From NCBI GenBank assembly GCA_937966555.1, contig CALCLY010000027.1, positions 14,620 to 78,619 of the forward strand: a stretch of DNA of 64,000 nucleotides, given 5' to 3'. This DNA comes from an uncultured Clostridia bacterium (GTDB lineage Bacteria > Bacillota > Clostridia > UMGS1883 > UMGS1540). Both the position numbers and the translations under genes were made by a program. The notes under the pieces are model-generated. The model had not been told where the DNA came from and ran no database searches. It saw only the letters and a list, made by a program, of their open reading frames with translations. Shown piece by piece: positions 54,945 through 63,373 of the stretch (position 1 is the stretch's first letter; each line of letters begins with the position of its first letter).

Positions 54945-57116
54945 ATGAACAATCCTCCGATTTTGCAAAAAATCACAGATACACTTGAAGAAAACTATAT
55001 GCCGTACGCCATGAGCGTAATTATTTCGCGTGCAATTCCGGAGATAGACGGCTTCAAGCCGTCGCACAGGAAGCTTCTTTACACCATGTATAAGATGGGG
55101 CTTCTGCGCGGCAACAGAACAAAATCGGCAAACATTGTCGGAGAAACGATGAAATTAAACCCCCACGGCGATATGGCTATATATGACACAATGGTAAGGC
55201 TGACGCGCGGCAATGCCGCTCTGCTGCATCCGCTTGTGGATTCGAAGGGAAACTTCGGAAAGCAGTACAGCCGTGACATGTCATGCGCCGCACCGCGTTA
55301 TACCGAGGCGAAGCTTGACAGTTTCTGTTCCGAAATTTTCGGGGATATAGACCGCGACACCGTGGATTTTACCGATAATTACGACGGCACAATGAAAGAG
55401 CCCGTGCTGCTGCCCGTGAGCCTTCCCACAATTCTTTTAAACGCAAACCAGGGAATTGCCGTGGGCATGGCAAGCAACATATGCTCGTTTAACTTAAAAG
55501 AACTCTGCGAAAGCACGATTGCCCTTTTAAAAAATCCCGGAGCGGATATAGGAGATATTCTGCTTGCGCCCGATTTCCCGGGCGGCGGCATATTGCTTTA
55601 CGACCGCGCCGCAATGCAGGAAATTTACAAAACCGGGCGCGGCAGCTTCCGCGTTCGCTCAAAATACGGTTTTGACAAGAAAAATAACTGCATAGAAATT
55701 ACCGAAATTCCGTACACGACCACAAGCGAAGCGATTATAGACAAAATTGTTGACCTTATTAAAGACAACAAAATAAGAGAAATTGCCGATATAAGAGACG
55801 AGACGGACTTAAAGGGTCTTAAAATTACAATAGATTTAAAGCGCGGAACGGATCCCGACAAGCTCATGACAAAGCTTTACAAAATGACGCCTCTGCAGGA
55901 CAGCTTTGCGTGCAACTTCAATATTCTTATAGACGGTGCGCCGCGCGTTATGGGCGTTTACGAGATACTCGGCGAATGGATAAAATTCCGCACAAACTGC
56001 ATAAAAAGAAGGCTTTCGTTTGATATAAAAAAGAAGTCCGAAAAGCTGCATCTGCTGCTCGGTCTGCGCGAAATTCTGCTTGACATTGACAAGGCAATCA
56101 AAATCGTGCGTGACACGGAGGAAGACGACCGCGTTGTGCCCAATCTCATGGAGGGCTTCGGAATAGACGAGATTCAGGCGGAATACGTTGCGGAAATCAA
56201 ACTCAGAAATTTAAACAAGCAATATATTTTAAAACGTCTTGAGGAAACGGAGGATCTGCAAAAAGAAATCGCACACCTTAAAGAAATTCTCGGTTCCGAA
56301 AAAGAAGTTAAAAAACTTATACGCGAAAATCTTAAAGAAATTGCAAAAAAATACGGCTGCCCCAGAAAAACGGAGATTATAGAAGAAAACGAGGCGCCCG
56401 TGTATGCCGAGGAGGAATATATAGAGGACTACAACCTGCGCATATTCTTAACGCGCGCAAACTACTTCAAAAAAATCTCGCTTGTATCGCTGCGCAGCGC
56501 CTCGGAGCAAAAGCTTAAAGAAGACGATGAGATAATTGCCGAATTTGAAAGCGTAAACCGCGCCGATGTGGTTTTTATAAGCGACAGGCAAAATGCCTAT
56601 AAGGCGCGCCTTTCCGATATTGCCGACTGCAAGGCGAGCGCATGGGGCGAGTTTTTGCCGAATGTTTTAAATATGCCTGAGGACGAAAAAATACTTTATT
56701 GCGTTCCGACGCAGGACTATTCGGGGAATATGCTTTTCGCGTTTGAAAACGGAAAGGTTGCCAAAGTTCCGCTTGCATCTTATGCCACAAAAACAAACAG
56801 GAAAAAGCTGCAAAACGCATACGGCTCCGCATCGCCGCTTATATCGGCGCTCTTTTTGCCGGAGGACGGAGATATTGCTCTTTTCTCGGATTCGGGCAAG
56901 CTTATGGTTATAAACACCTCGGAAATACCGCTTAAAACAACGCGCTCAACACAGGGCGTTCAGGTTATGAGAATGAAAAAAGGCTGCGTGCTTTCAAAAA
57001 TGACGGCGGCGCAAAATGCCGGTCTTTCGGAGTTTGAAGCATACAGGGCAAAGTCGCTCCCCTCGGGAGGGTATTACCCAAAAGGCGGAGACGATCCGCA
57101 GATATCAATTTTTTAA
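54945..57116 (+). CDS. parC: type IIA topoisomerase subunit A (ParC/GyrA family)
   Basis: YAMSVIISRAIPEIDGFKPSHRKLLYTM, KSANIVGETMKLNPHGD and AAPRYTEAKL (catalytic Tyr region). No subunit B gene is adjacent, and ParC versus GyrA is not resolved. Confidence 0.8.
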   Translation: MNNPPILQKITDTLEENYMPYAMSVIISRAIPEIDGFKPSHRKLLYTMYKMGLLRGNRTKSANIVGETMKLNPHGDMAIYDTMVRLTRGNAALLHPLVDSKGNFGKQYSRDMSCAAPRYTEAKLDSFCSEIFGDIDRDTVDFTDNYDGTMKEPVLLPVSLPTILLNANQGIAVGMASNICSFNLKELCESTIALLKNPGADIGDILLAPDFPGGGILLYDRAAMQEIYKTGRGSFRVRSKYGFDKKNNCIEITEIPYTTTSEAIIDKIVDLIKDNKIREIADIRDETDLKGLKITIDLKRGTDPDKLMTKLYKMTPLQDSFACNFNILIDGAPRVMGVYEILGEWIKFRTNCIKRRLSFDIKKKSEKLHLLLGLREILLDIDKAIKIVRDTEEDDRVVPNLMEGFGIDEIQAEYVAEIKLRNLNKQYILKRLEETEDLQKEIAHLKEILGSEKEVKKLIRENLKEIAKKYGCPRKTEIIEENEAPVYAEEEYIEDYNLRIFLTRANYFKKISLVSLRSASEQKLKEDDEIIAEFESVNRADVVFISDRQNAYKARLSDIADCKASAWGEFLPNVLNMPEDEKILYCVPTQDYSGNMLFAFENGKVAKVPLASYATKTNRKKLQNAYGSASPLISALFLPEDGDIALFSDSGKLMVINTSEIPLKTTRSTQGVQVMRMKKGCVLSKMTAAQNAGLSEFEAYRAKSLPSGGYYPKGGDDPQISIF

Positions 57117-57140
57117 GAGTAAAAACTAAGGAGAAAACCA

Positions 57141-57686
57141 ATGAAAAAATTTAATTTGAAAAAACAGGCTGAATGTGCGGTTCTTGCCGCGATTTTATGT
57201 ATTGCCGCACCGATGGCGATTCAGATAGGACCTGTTCCGATTTCGCTTGCAACATTCGTTATAATGCTTGCCGGCGTTATACTGCCGCCCGTGCAGGCGG
57301 CGGCAGCGGTGCTTATATACATACTTTTGGGCTGTTTCGGACTTCCGGTATTTTCGGGTGCGCGCGGCGGTGTTCAGATTCTGTTTTCGAGCACCGGCGG
57401 ATATATTATGTCGTACGTTTTTTATGCGCTTGTTATAAGCCTTGTGTGCAAAAAAAGATGTAATTCCGAAATGAAAAATGTTCTTATTGCAGTTTTGGGA
57501 TGCGTTTTGGGAACAGTTGTTTGCTACCTTTTCGGCACAGCGTGGTTTGTTAAGCTTTCGGGCAGTGATGTGGCATATGCCATGGGTGTTTGCGTGCTGC
57601 CGTTTCTGCCGCTTGACGCGGTTAAAATCGTTTTGGCGTCCGTTGCCGGAACTGCTGTGAGAACAAGACTCGAGAAGCTGAATTAA
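57141..57686 (+). CDS. bioY: biotin transporter BioY
   Basis: Six-transmembrane protein with PVPISLATF.VMLAG and GGYIMSY motifs. Confidence 0.85.
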   Translation: MKKFNLKKQAECAVLAAILCIAAPMAIQIGPVPISLATFVIMLAGVILPPVQAAAAVLIYILLGCFGLPVFSGARGGVQILFSSTGGYIMSYVFYALVISLVCKKRCNSEMKNVLIAVLGCVLGTVVCYLFGTAWFVKLSGSDVAYAMGVCVLPFLPLDAVKIVLASVAGTAVRTRLEKLN

Positions 57687-57689
57687 AAC

Positions 57690-57869
57690 GCTCACGCTTG
57701 TTCGCTCTTCGAAGGGCTACAAGTATGCCCTTCGAGTTTTCCATTCGGCGCTCCGCTTACGGAAACAACATGTTGTTTCCTACCCTCATATAGGAATAAA
57801 AAGCCACGTACACGCCGCGGCTTTTTATGATTTTAAGCCTTTTTGCGCTCTCCATAAATACCGTGAAAA
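57690..57869. repeat. inverted copy of the composite unit (alternative-stem version) between the convergent bioY and sigF genes
   Basis: Order: gctcacgcttgttcgctc, CTTCGAAGGGCTacaagtatGCCCTTCGAG, ttccattcggcgctccgcttac, GGAAACAACATGTTGTTTCC, taccctcata, AAAAAGCCACG-N7-CGCGGCTTTTT, and a ctctccataaataccgtgaaaa tail. Confidence 0.9.
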
Positions 57870-57882
57870 ATATGTGTTTCGC

Positions 57883-58560
57883 TCACTCCATTTCCTCGCG
57901 CAGCCTTGCCATAATTTTCTTCTCGAGCCGCGAAACATACACCTGGTTTCTGCCTATAATACGCGCGGTTTCGCTTTGCGTTTTGTCGCGGAAAAATCTG
58001 TAATAAATCAGAAGGCGTGCTTCACCGCTTTCTTTTTTTATTGCCTCAAAAAGCGAGATTCGCCGCGCAAGCATTTCTTCGTCATCGGTATTAAGGGCGA
58101 TTTTGTCAAGCAGCGGCATGTCCTCGGCAGCTTCTTCGTAAATCGACCGGGGAGGGCACGTTGCGGCAAGAGACGCGGTGAGCTCCTCGGTAGGGATTCC
58201 GCTTTCTTTTGAAAGCTCGGAAAGAGTTGGTTCACGCCCCAGTTTTTCGCGCAGCTGTCCGGCGCATATTCCGGCATGCACGGCATTTTCCTTAAGCTTT
58301 CGGCTTACCTTTATAATGCCGTCATCACGCAGAAAACGGCGTATTTCACCCATTATGAGCGGCACGGCATATGTAGAAAAGCACAGACCGCGGCTTTTGT
58401 CAAAGCGCTTTGCGGCTTTTATAAGACCAATCGCGCCTATCTGGCACAGGTCATCATATTCGGCGCCTCTTCCGCGGAATCTTCGCGCGGAGGAATGCAC
58501 AAGCCCGAAATTTTCAAGAATAAGCCTTTGTGTATCATCTGTCAGCGTGTTTTGCATCAT
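57883..58560 (-). CDS. sigF: sporulation sigma factor SigF
   Basis: DDLCQIGAIGLIKAAKRFD, FSTYAVPLIMGEIRRFLRDDG and IGRNQVYVSRLEKK. Third gene of a spoIIAA-spoIIAB-sigF arrangement. Confidence 0.9.
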   Translation of the reverse strand: MMQNTLTDDTQRLILENFGLVHSSARRFRGRGAEYDDLCQIGAIGLIKAAKRFDKSRGLCFSTYAVPLIMGEIRRFLRDDGIIKVSRKLKENAVHAGICAGQLREKLGREPTLSELSKESGIPTEELTASLAATCPPRSIYEEAAEDMPLLDKIALNTDDEEMLARRISLFEAIKKESGEARLLIYYRFFRDKTQSETARIIGRNQVYVSRLEKKIMARLREEME

Positions 58561-58967
58561 AATTTTTTTGTCATTACAACGGTTGTGCCGCGGCGCGGCG
58601 CCGATGTTACCGACAGCGTGTCCATAAATGTTTCCATAACCGTAAAACCCATGCCGCTGCGCTCGGAATCGGGTTTTGAAGTGTAAAGCGGCGTCATGGC
58701 GCGCTCCACGTCCTCGATGCCGCGGCCGCTGTCCGAGACGGTGAAGGTTACAAGCCTTTCGTTTACGGAAATCTCCATCGTGACAATGCCGTCCGTGCCT
58801 TCATAGCCGTGTATTATGGCGTTTGTGACGGCTTCGCTCACTGCGGTTTTAATGTCTGCGATGTCCGAAACGGCGGGGTCTAAGTATGACACGAATGCCG
58901 CCGCCGTCATTCTTGCAAAGCTTTCGTTTACAGAATGTGACGAAAATTCTATTCTTGTTTTGTTCAT
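58557..58967 (-). CDS. spoIIAB: anti-sigma F factor SpoIIAB (serine kinase)
   Basis: ESFARMTAAAFVS, AVSEAVTNAIIHGY (N-box), DSGRGIED and ERSGMGFTVM (G-boxes). Confidence 0.92.
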   Translation of the reverse strand: MNKTRIEFSSHSVNESFARMTAAAFVSYLDPAVSDIADIKTAVSEAVTNAIIHGYEGTDGIVTMEISVNERLVTFTVSDSGRGIEDVERAMTPLYTSKPDSERSGMGFTVMETFMDTLSVTSAPRRGTTVVMTKKL

Positions 58968-59305
58968 TTTGCGGCACCTCCCAAAGCTTCGTCAAGATTT
59001 TTGCAAAGCGGAATAATTTTGTTCATGCCGGCAAGCGTAAGCAGACGGCGCGTGTGTCCCGACGGTGCGGAAACAAAGGTTTTTCCGCCTGTTGCAAGCA
59101 CGTTTTTGTATCTGCCTATTATGATTCCGAGGCCGGCGCTGTCCATAAATTTCAGCTTTTTCAGGTCAAAAATAAGATTTTTTGCATCGGAGCCGAAAAA
59201 TGCGCGGTCGATTTCCTCGCGTATGTTTCCGGCGTTGTGGTGATCGAGTTCACCTTCGAGGGACACAATGAGAGTTTGTCCCGTTTTTTTAAATAAAATA
59301 TGCAT
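58964..59305 (-). CDS. spoIIAA: anti-anti-sigma factor SpoIIAA (STAS domain)
   Basis: Start trimmed to MHILFKKTGQTLIVSLEGELDHH (AAGAGGAG upstream). The phosphorylatable Ser lies in the context FMDSAGLGII. Confidence 0.88.
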   Translation of the reverse strand: MHILFKKTGQTLIVSLEGELDHHNAGNIREEIDRAFFGSDAKNLIFDLKKLKFMDSAGLGIIIGRYKNVLATGGKTFVSAPSGHTRRLLTLAGMNKIIPLCKNLDEALGGAAK

Positions 59306-59336
59306 GATATCACTCCTCTTAAATTTATATTTGACA

Positions 59337-59386
59337 TGCCGAAACCCCCTTCCTTTGGCGAAAAACTTCTGTTTTTGTCGATTAGG
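59337..59386. promoter_or_regulatory. three Spo0A-box-like heptamers upstream of spoIIAA
   Basis: TGCCGAA (59337-59343), TGGCGAA (59356-59362) and TGTCGAT (59380-59386), compared with the TGNCGAA 0A-box consensus. They lie unusually close to the start codon and I could not place a promoter. Confidence 0.3.
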
Positions 59387-59467
59387 TAAAAAATAGAAAA
59401 CATGCATAATAATTATGTAAACCAATTATGTTTTTTCAAAAAAATAATTCACAATAAAACCAAAATG

Positions 59468-59574
59468 TTTTCCACATAAAAAATGCCCTAAAAAGCAGTT
59501 TTACACACAGTTATCCACACAATCCACATATATAACGGGGCTTTTTCGGCCGATATGTGGATAACTTCAAAACG
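59468..59574. promoter_or_regulatory. DnaA-box cluster
   Basis: Two perfect TTATCCACA boxes in opposite orientation (59511-59519 and TGTGGATAA 59566-59574). TTTTCCACA (59468-59476) has one mismatch. Two further two-mismatch boxes are TTTTACACA 59499-59507 and cAATCCACA 59520-59528. The surroundings are AT-rich. Confidence 0.5.
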
Positions 59575-59671
59575 CGTTTTTAAGGCAAAAAACAGGTTTA
59601 CAAAATACATATACAAATTTGAAAAATTTATAAATCCGCGTTTCATCTTTTTTACATGTTTCAAAAAAAAC

Positions 59672-59700
59672 TTGACTGTAAAGACAATTTGTGCTAAAAT
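59672..59700 (+). promoter_or_regulatory. sigma-A promoter for the LCP-family gene
   Basis: TTGACT (59672-59677), 17 nt, TAAAAT (59695-59700). This leaves a leader of about 140 nt. Confidence 0.6.
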
Positions 59701-59848
59701 GATATTCGGTGAAATGTGAAAATATTCGCATTTGCCGATACTTTGCGAAAAATTCGGATAAACACTGTATAAAGCGGAATGATTAATAAGTTCGGAAACG
59801 GGTAAAATTATATCCGAAGAGATCATTCCTTATTGAAAGGATAAAAAA

Positions 59849-60730
59849 ATGAATACAAAAAAATATGTGACGATTGTTCTTGCGGCGCTTTTGGTGTTCG
59901 CGGCGGCTTTCGGCGGAATTTATGCGGCAAGAATAATGGTGAAACCCTTTGAGGCGGGTCAGCACGGCGACGCGGTGCACCCGGTTGTGGGAGGAAAAAT
60001 CCGTTTTCTCGTTGTCGGAACGGACAGAGTTGCGGTTAACACGGACACGATTTTGGTTGCAAGCGCAAACCTTGAAACGGGGCATATAAGCGTTATGTCG
60101 GTGCCGCGCGATACGCGCGTTACCGTAAACGGCAGCACAATGAAGATAAACGCGGTTTACGGATATGCGCGGGCAAAGGGCAAAAACGATGAAGAGCTTT
60201 TAATTGACACCGTCACGGACGTTACGGGAATAGATATAAATTACTACGCCATAATAAACACCGAGGCGTTCAAAGACATTGTTGATACGCTGGGCGGTGT
60301 GGAATACGACGTTCCGAGAGATTATGACTATGACGATCCGTTTCAGGATCTGCACATCCACATAAAGAAGGGCAAGCAGGTCTTAAACGGAACTGATGCC
60401 GAGGGTCTTGTAAGATTCCGCCACGACTATGCAAGAGCAGATCTTGAAAGGGTGGAGGTTCAGCAGTCATTCATATCGGAGCTTATAAAACAGAAGCTCA
60501 ACGCAAAGTATATTACAAAGATTCCGAAAATTTACAACAAGGTCAGCAAAAACGTTGTCAGCAACATAAAGGTGGACGATATTATAGACTGCGCAAAGGC
60601 GCTTTCGAAGGCGGAAAGCAACCCCATCGAAACGTTCACGCTGCCGAGCGCTCCGAAGTATATAAACAACACTTCTTATGTAATTGTAGATAAAGAAGCA
60701 ACCGCGGAGCTTGTTGCTGAAAAATTTTGA
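59849..60730 (+). CDS. LytR-CpsA-Psr (LCP) family cell-envelope phosphotransferase
   Basis: N-terminal transmembrane anchor, then FLVVGTDR...NTDTILVAS...SVMSVPRDT.V...KINAVY and VRFRHDYARADLERV, the LCP core motifs. Confidence 0.88.
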   Translation: MNTKKYVTIVLAALLVFAAAFGGIYAARIMVKPFEAGQHGDAVHPVVGGKIRFLVVGTDRVAVNTDTILVASANLETGHISVMSVPRDTRVTVNGSTMKINAVYGYARAKGKNDEELLIDTVTDVTGIDINYYAIINTEAFKDIVDTLGGVEYDVPRDYDYDDPFQDLHIHIKKGKQVLNGTDAEGLVRFRHDYARADLERVEVQQSFISELIKQKLNAKYITKIPKIYNKVSKNVVSNIKVDDIIDCAKALSKAESNPIETFTLPSAPKYINNTSYVIVDKEATAELVAEKF

Positions 60731-60768
60731 TTATATTGTCTAAATTTTTATTTAATGGGCAAAAGGAC

Positions 60769-60797
60769 TTGACAAAAAATTATCAAAGATGTATAAT
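60769..60797 (+). promoter_or_regulatory. sigma-A promoter for the membrane-protein gene
   Basis: TTGACA (60769-60774), 17 nt, TATAAT (60792-60797). Confidence 0.6.
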
Positions 60798-60885
60798 TAC
60801 TACGGTTTACAGGGACAGTATATAAATTGTCTTTAAGACACGGATGCCCCTTGATTTTCAGATTCTATTACACAAAGGAGAAATT

Positions 60886-61443
60886 ATGCAGGGGTTATCT
60901 TATGTTTTGAGCGCGCTCGGATTGATTTCCATGATCTGCGCCTCAATGATTAAAGGCACAAAATTCAGCATCGTTCTGTTTTTGGTTTTCTGCGGAAACA
61001 TGCTTGTCGCTACGAGTTATCTTATAGGCGGCGCGGGAATAAACGGTGCGGCTGCCTGCTATTTCGGCGGAATACAGACGCTTATAAACTATTTCTACAG
61101 CTCGAGGAACATACCGCTGCCGCGGTGGCTGATTGCTTTTTACGCGGGATTTACGATTGTTCTTAACATTTTTGTTGCCGGCGGCATTTCACTGCTCGGT
61201 CTGCTTGTTATAGTGGCGTCTTTGATATTTATCGTTTGCGTGTGCCAGAAAAACGGCACGGCATACCGCTTTTGGACGCTGATTAACATGCTGCTCTGGT
61301 GCATTTACGATATTCTGTCGGGCTCATACAGCGTGCTTGTGGCACATGTGCCGCAGCTTATATTTGTAATAGCCGGCATTCTGATTTACGACAGACAGGC
61401 GTATGCTGAAAAGTTTTCACGCCTCAGCAAAAAAACATCTTAA
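60886..61443 (+). CDS. polytopic membrane protein (possibly YgjV-like)
   Basis: Start trimmed to MQGLSYVL (AAAGGAG upstream). About five transmembrane helices. The family assignment is weak. Confidence 0.55.
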   Translation: MQGLSYVLSALGLISMICASMIKGTKFSIVLFLVFCGNMLVATSYLIGGAGINGAAACYFGGIQTLINYFYSSRNIPLPRWLIAFYAGFTIVLNIFVAGGISLLGLLVIVASLIFIVCVCQKNGTAYRFWTLINMLLWCIYDILSGSYSVLVAHVPQLIFVIAGILIYDRQAYAEKFSRLSKKTS

Positions 61444-61473
61444 AAATAAATTATTTTAAGAAGGAGACAAGCA

Positions 61474-62109
61474 ATGAAAAAGTTTTTAGCGGTTTTGATT
61501 TGTGCGTTTATGGTTTGTACATTAATAACGGCATGCGGTGACAAAACGGAGAAAACTCCCGAAAACACTGCGGCGCCGGAGGCTTCGGCCGATATAACTC
61601 AGAAAGAGGAGAATAAGATAATGGTTGAGATTACTATGAAAGACGGCGGCAAAATGCAGCTTGAGCTTTATCCCGATGTTGCGCCCGCCACGGTTGAAAA
61701 CTTTGTAAAACTTGTAAACGACGGGTTTTATGACGGACTCACATTCCACAGAATTATAAAAGGCTTTATGATTCAGGGCGGCGACCCGGAGGGCACCGGC
61801 ATGGGCGGATCCAAAGACACGATAAAAGGCGAATTTAAGCAAAACGGTGTTCAGAATGATTTGAAGCACACGCGCGGCGTAATTTCCATGGCGCGTTCGC
61901 AGAATCCGAACAGCGCAAGCTCGCAGTTCTTTATAATGCATGACGACGCACCCTATCTTGACGGACAGTATGCGGCTTTCGGCAAAATGGTTTCGGGCTT
62001 TGAAGAGCTTGACAAACTTGCGGAAACGCCCGTACAGGACGGAAACGGCACAGTTGCAAAAGGCGATCAGCCGCAGATTGAAACAATAAAGATTATCGAT
62101 AATAATTAA
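61474..62109 (+). CDS. cyclophilin-type peptidyl-prolyl isomerase lipoprotein
   Basis: Lipobox LITAC, then FHRIIKGFMIQGGDPEGTGMGG and SMARS...NSASSQFFI. Confidence 0.9.
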   Translation: MKKFLAVLICAFMVCTLITACGDKTEKTPENTAAPEASADITQKEENKIMVEITMKDGGKMQLELYPDVAPATVENFVKLVNDGFYDGLTFHRIIKGFMIQGGDPEGTGMGGSKDTIKGEFKQNGVQNDLKHTRGVISMARSQNPNSASSQFFIMHDDAPYLDGQYAAFGKMVSGFEELDKLAETPVQDGNGTVAKGDQPQIETIKIIDNN

Positions 62110-62150
62110 ATTTATTATATATTAATTATTAATTAATGGAGGTTTTTAAA

Positions 62151-63167
62151 ATGTCAGTAAAAGTTGCTATTAACGGTTTCGGACGTATCGGCCGTCTGGC
62201 TTTCCGTCAGATGTTCGGTGCAGAGGGCTATGAGGTTGTTGCTATCAACGATTTAACAAGCCCCAAGATGCTTGCTCATCTTTTGAAATACGATTCGTCT
62301 CAGGGCAAATACGCTCTTGCGGACAAAGTTGAAGCAGGCGAAGATTCCATCACGGTTGACGGTAAAGAAATCAAAATCTACGCTTTCCCGGATGCAAACA
62401 ACTGCCCCTGGGGAGCTCTTGATGTAGACGTTGTTTTGGAGTGCTCCGGCTTCTATACATCAAAAGAAAAAGCACAGGCTCATATCAATGCAGGTGCTAA
62501 GAAGGTTGTTATTTCAGCTCCGGCAGGAAGTGACCTTCCCACAATCGTTTACAATGTAAACCACAACACACTTAAAGCAGATGATAAAATTATATCCGCT
62601 GCTTCCTGCACAACAAACTGCCTCGCTCCCATGGCTGATACTCTTAACAAGTACGCTGCTATTCAGAGCGGTATCATGTGCACAATCCACGCTTACACAG
62701 GCGATCAGATGACACTTGACGGTCCTCAGAGAAAGGGTGACCTCCGTCGTTCGCGTGCAGCTGCGGTAAACATCGTTCCTAACTCCACAGGTGCTGCAAA
62801 GGCAATCGGTCTTGTTATCCCCGAGCTCAACGGTAAGCTCATCGGCGCTGCTCAGCGTGTTCCCACACCCACAGGTTCAACAACAATTCTTACAGCTGTT
62901 GTTAAGGGCAAAGACGTTACAAAAGAGGGCATCAACGCTGCTATGAAAGCTGCTGCAAACGAGTCCTTCGGATACAACACAGACGAAATCGTATCGAGCG
63001 ATATCGTTGGCATGAGATTCGGTTCACTCTTTGACGCAACACAGACAATGGTTGCTCCCATAGGTGACGATCTTTATGAGGTTCAGGTTGTTTCCTGGTA
63101 TGATAACGAAAATTCGTACACAAGCCAGATGGTTAGAACAATCAAATACTTCGCTGAACTTGCATAA
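62151..63167 (+). CDS. gap: type I glyceraldehyde-3-phosphate dehydrogenase
   Basis: [27 protein letters not shown] (catalytic Cys) and WYDNE. Start at ATG 62151 after GGAGG. Confidence 0.95.
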   Translation: MSVKVAINGFGRIGRLAFRQMFGAEGYEVVAINDLTSPKMLAHLLKYDSSQGKYALADKVEAGEDSITVDGKEIKIYAFPDANNCPWGALDVDVVLECSGFYTSKEKAQAHINAGAKKVVISAPAGSDLPTIVYNVNHNTLKADDKIISAASCTTNCLAPMADTLNKYAAIQSGIMCTIHAYTGDQMTLDGPQRKGDLRRSRAAAVNIVPNSTGAAKAIGLVIPELNGKLIGAAQRVPTPTGSTTILTAVVKGKDVTKEGINAAMKAAANESFGYNTDEIVSSDIVGMRFGSLFDATQTMVAPIGDDLYEVQVVSWYDNENSYTSQMVRTIKYFAELA

Positions 63168-63183
63168 TTTCAGTTGATTTTTT

Positions 63184-63216
63184 AAAGGCTGCCGCAATTT
63201 AGCGGCAGCTTTTTTT
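63184..63216 (+). terminator. intrinsic terminator after gap
   Basis: GCTGCCGC aattta GCGGCAGC followed by T7. Confidence 0.8.
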
Positions 63217-63373
63217 ATGCGAAGTTTTAAAAATTTTGCCGTTTGTATGAAGATTTGTTTGCAGGGTGTGCGGAAAAAAATTTGTTGTCCGCGCATTTTT
63301 ATTCATATTTTTTGTATAAAATTATTTTTTTCTGTCAATACTTCATGTACAAAGAAAAAATGAGGGTGATGGA

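Noticed and set aside
59468-59670. DnaA-box cluster interpreted as the chromosomal oriC
   Set aside because: There is no dnaA, dnaN, rpmH or similar gene nearby. I see no obvious array of AT-rich 13-mer-like repeats that I can define. The flanking gene orientation is not a clean divergence, because genes at 49.6-57.7 kb to the left are already on the plus strand. It is kept only as a minority alternative within the DnaA-box finding.
63217-63373. Sigma-F type promoter upstream of spoIIR
   Set aside because: spoIIR is sigma-F dependent in Bacillus, but I could not find a convincing GCATA-N15-GGnnAnAnT arrangement here, so no promoter is called.
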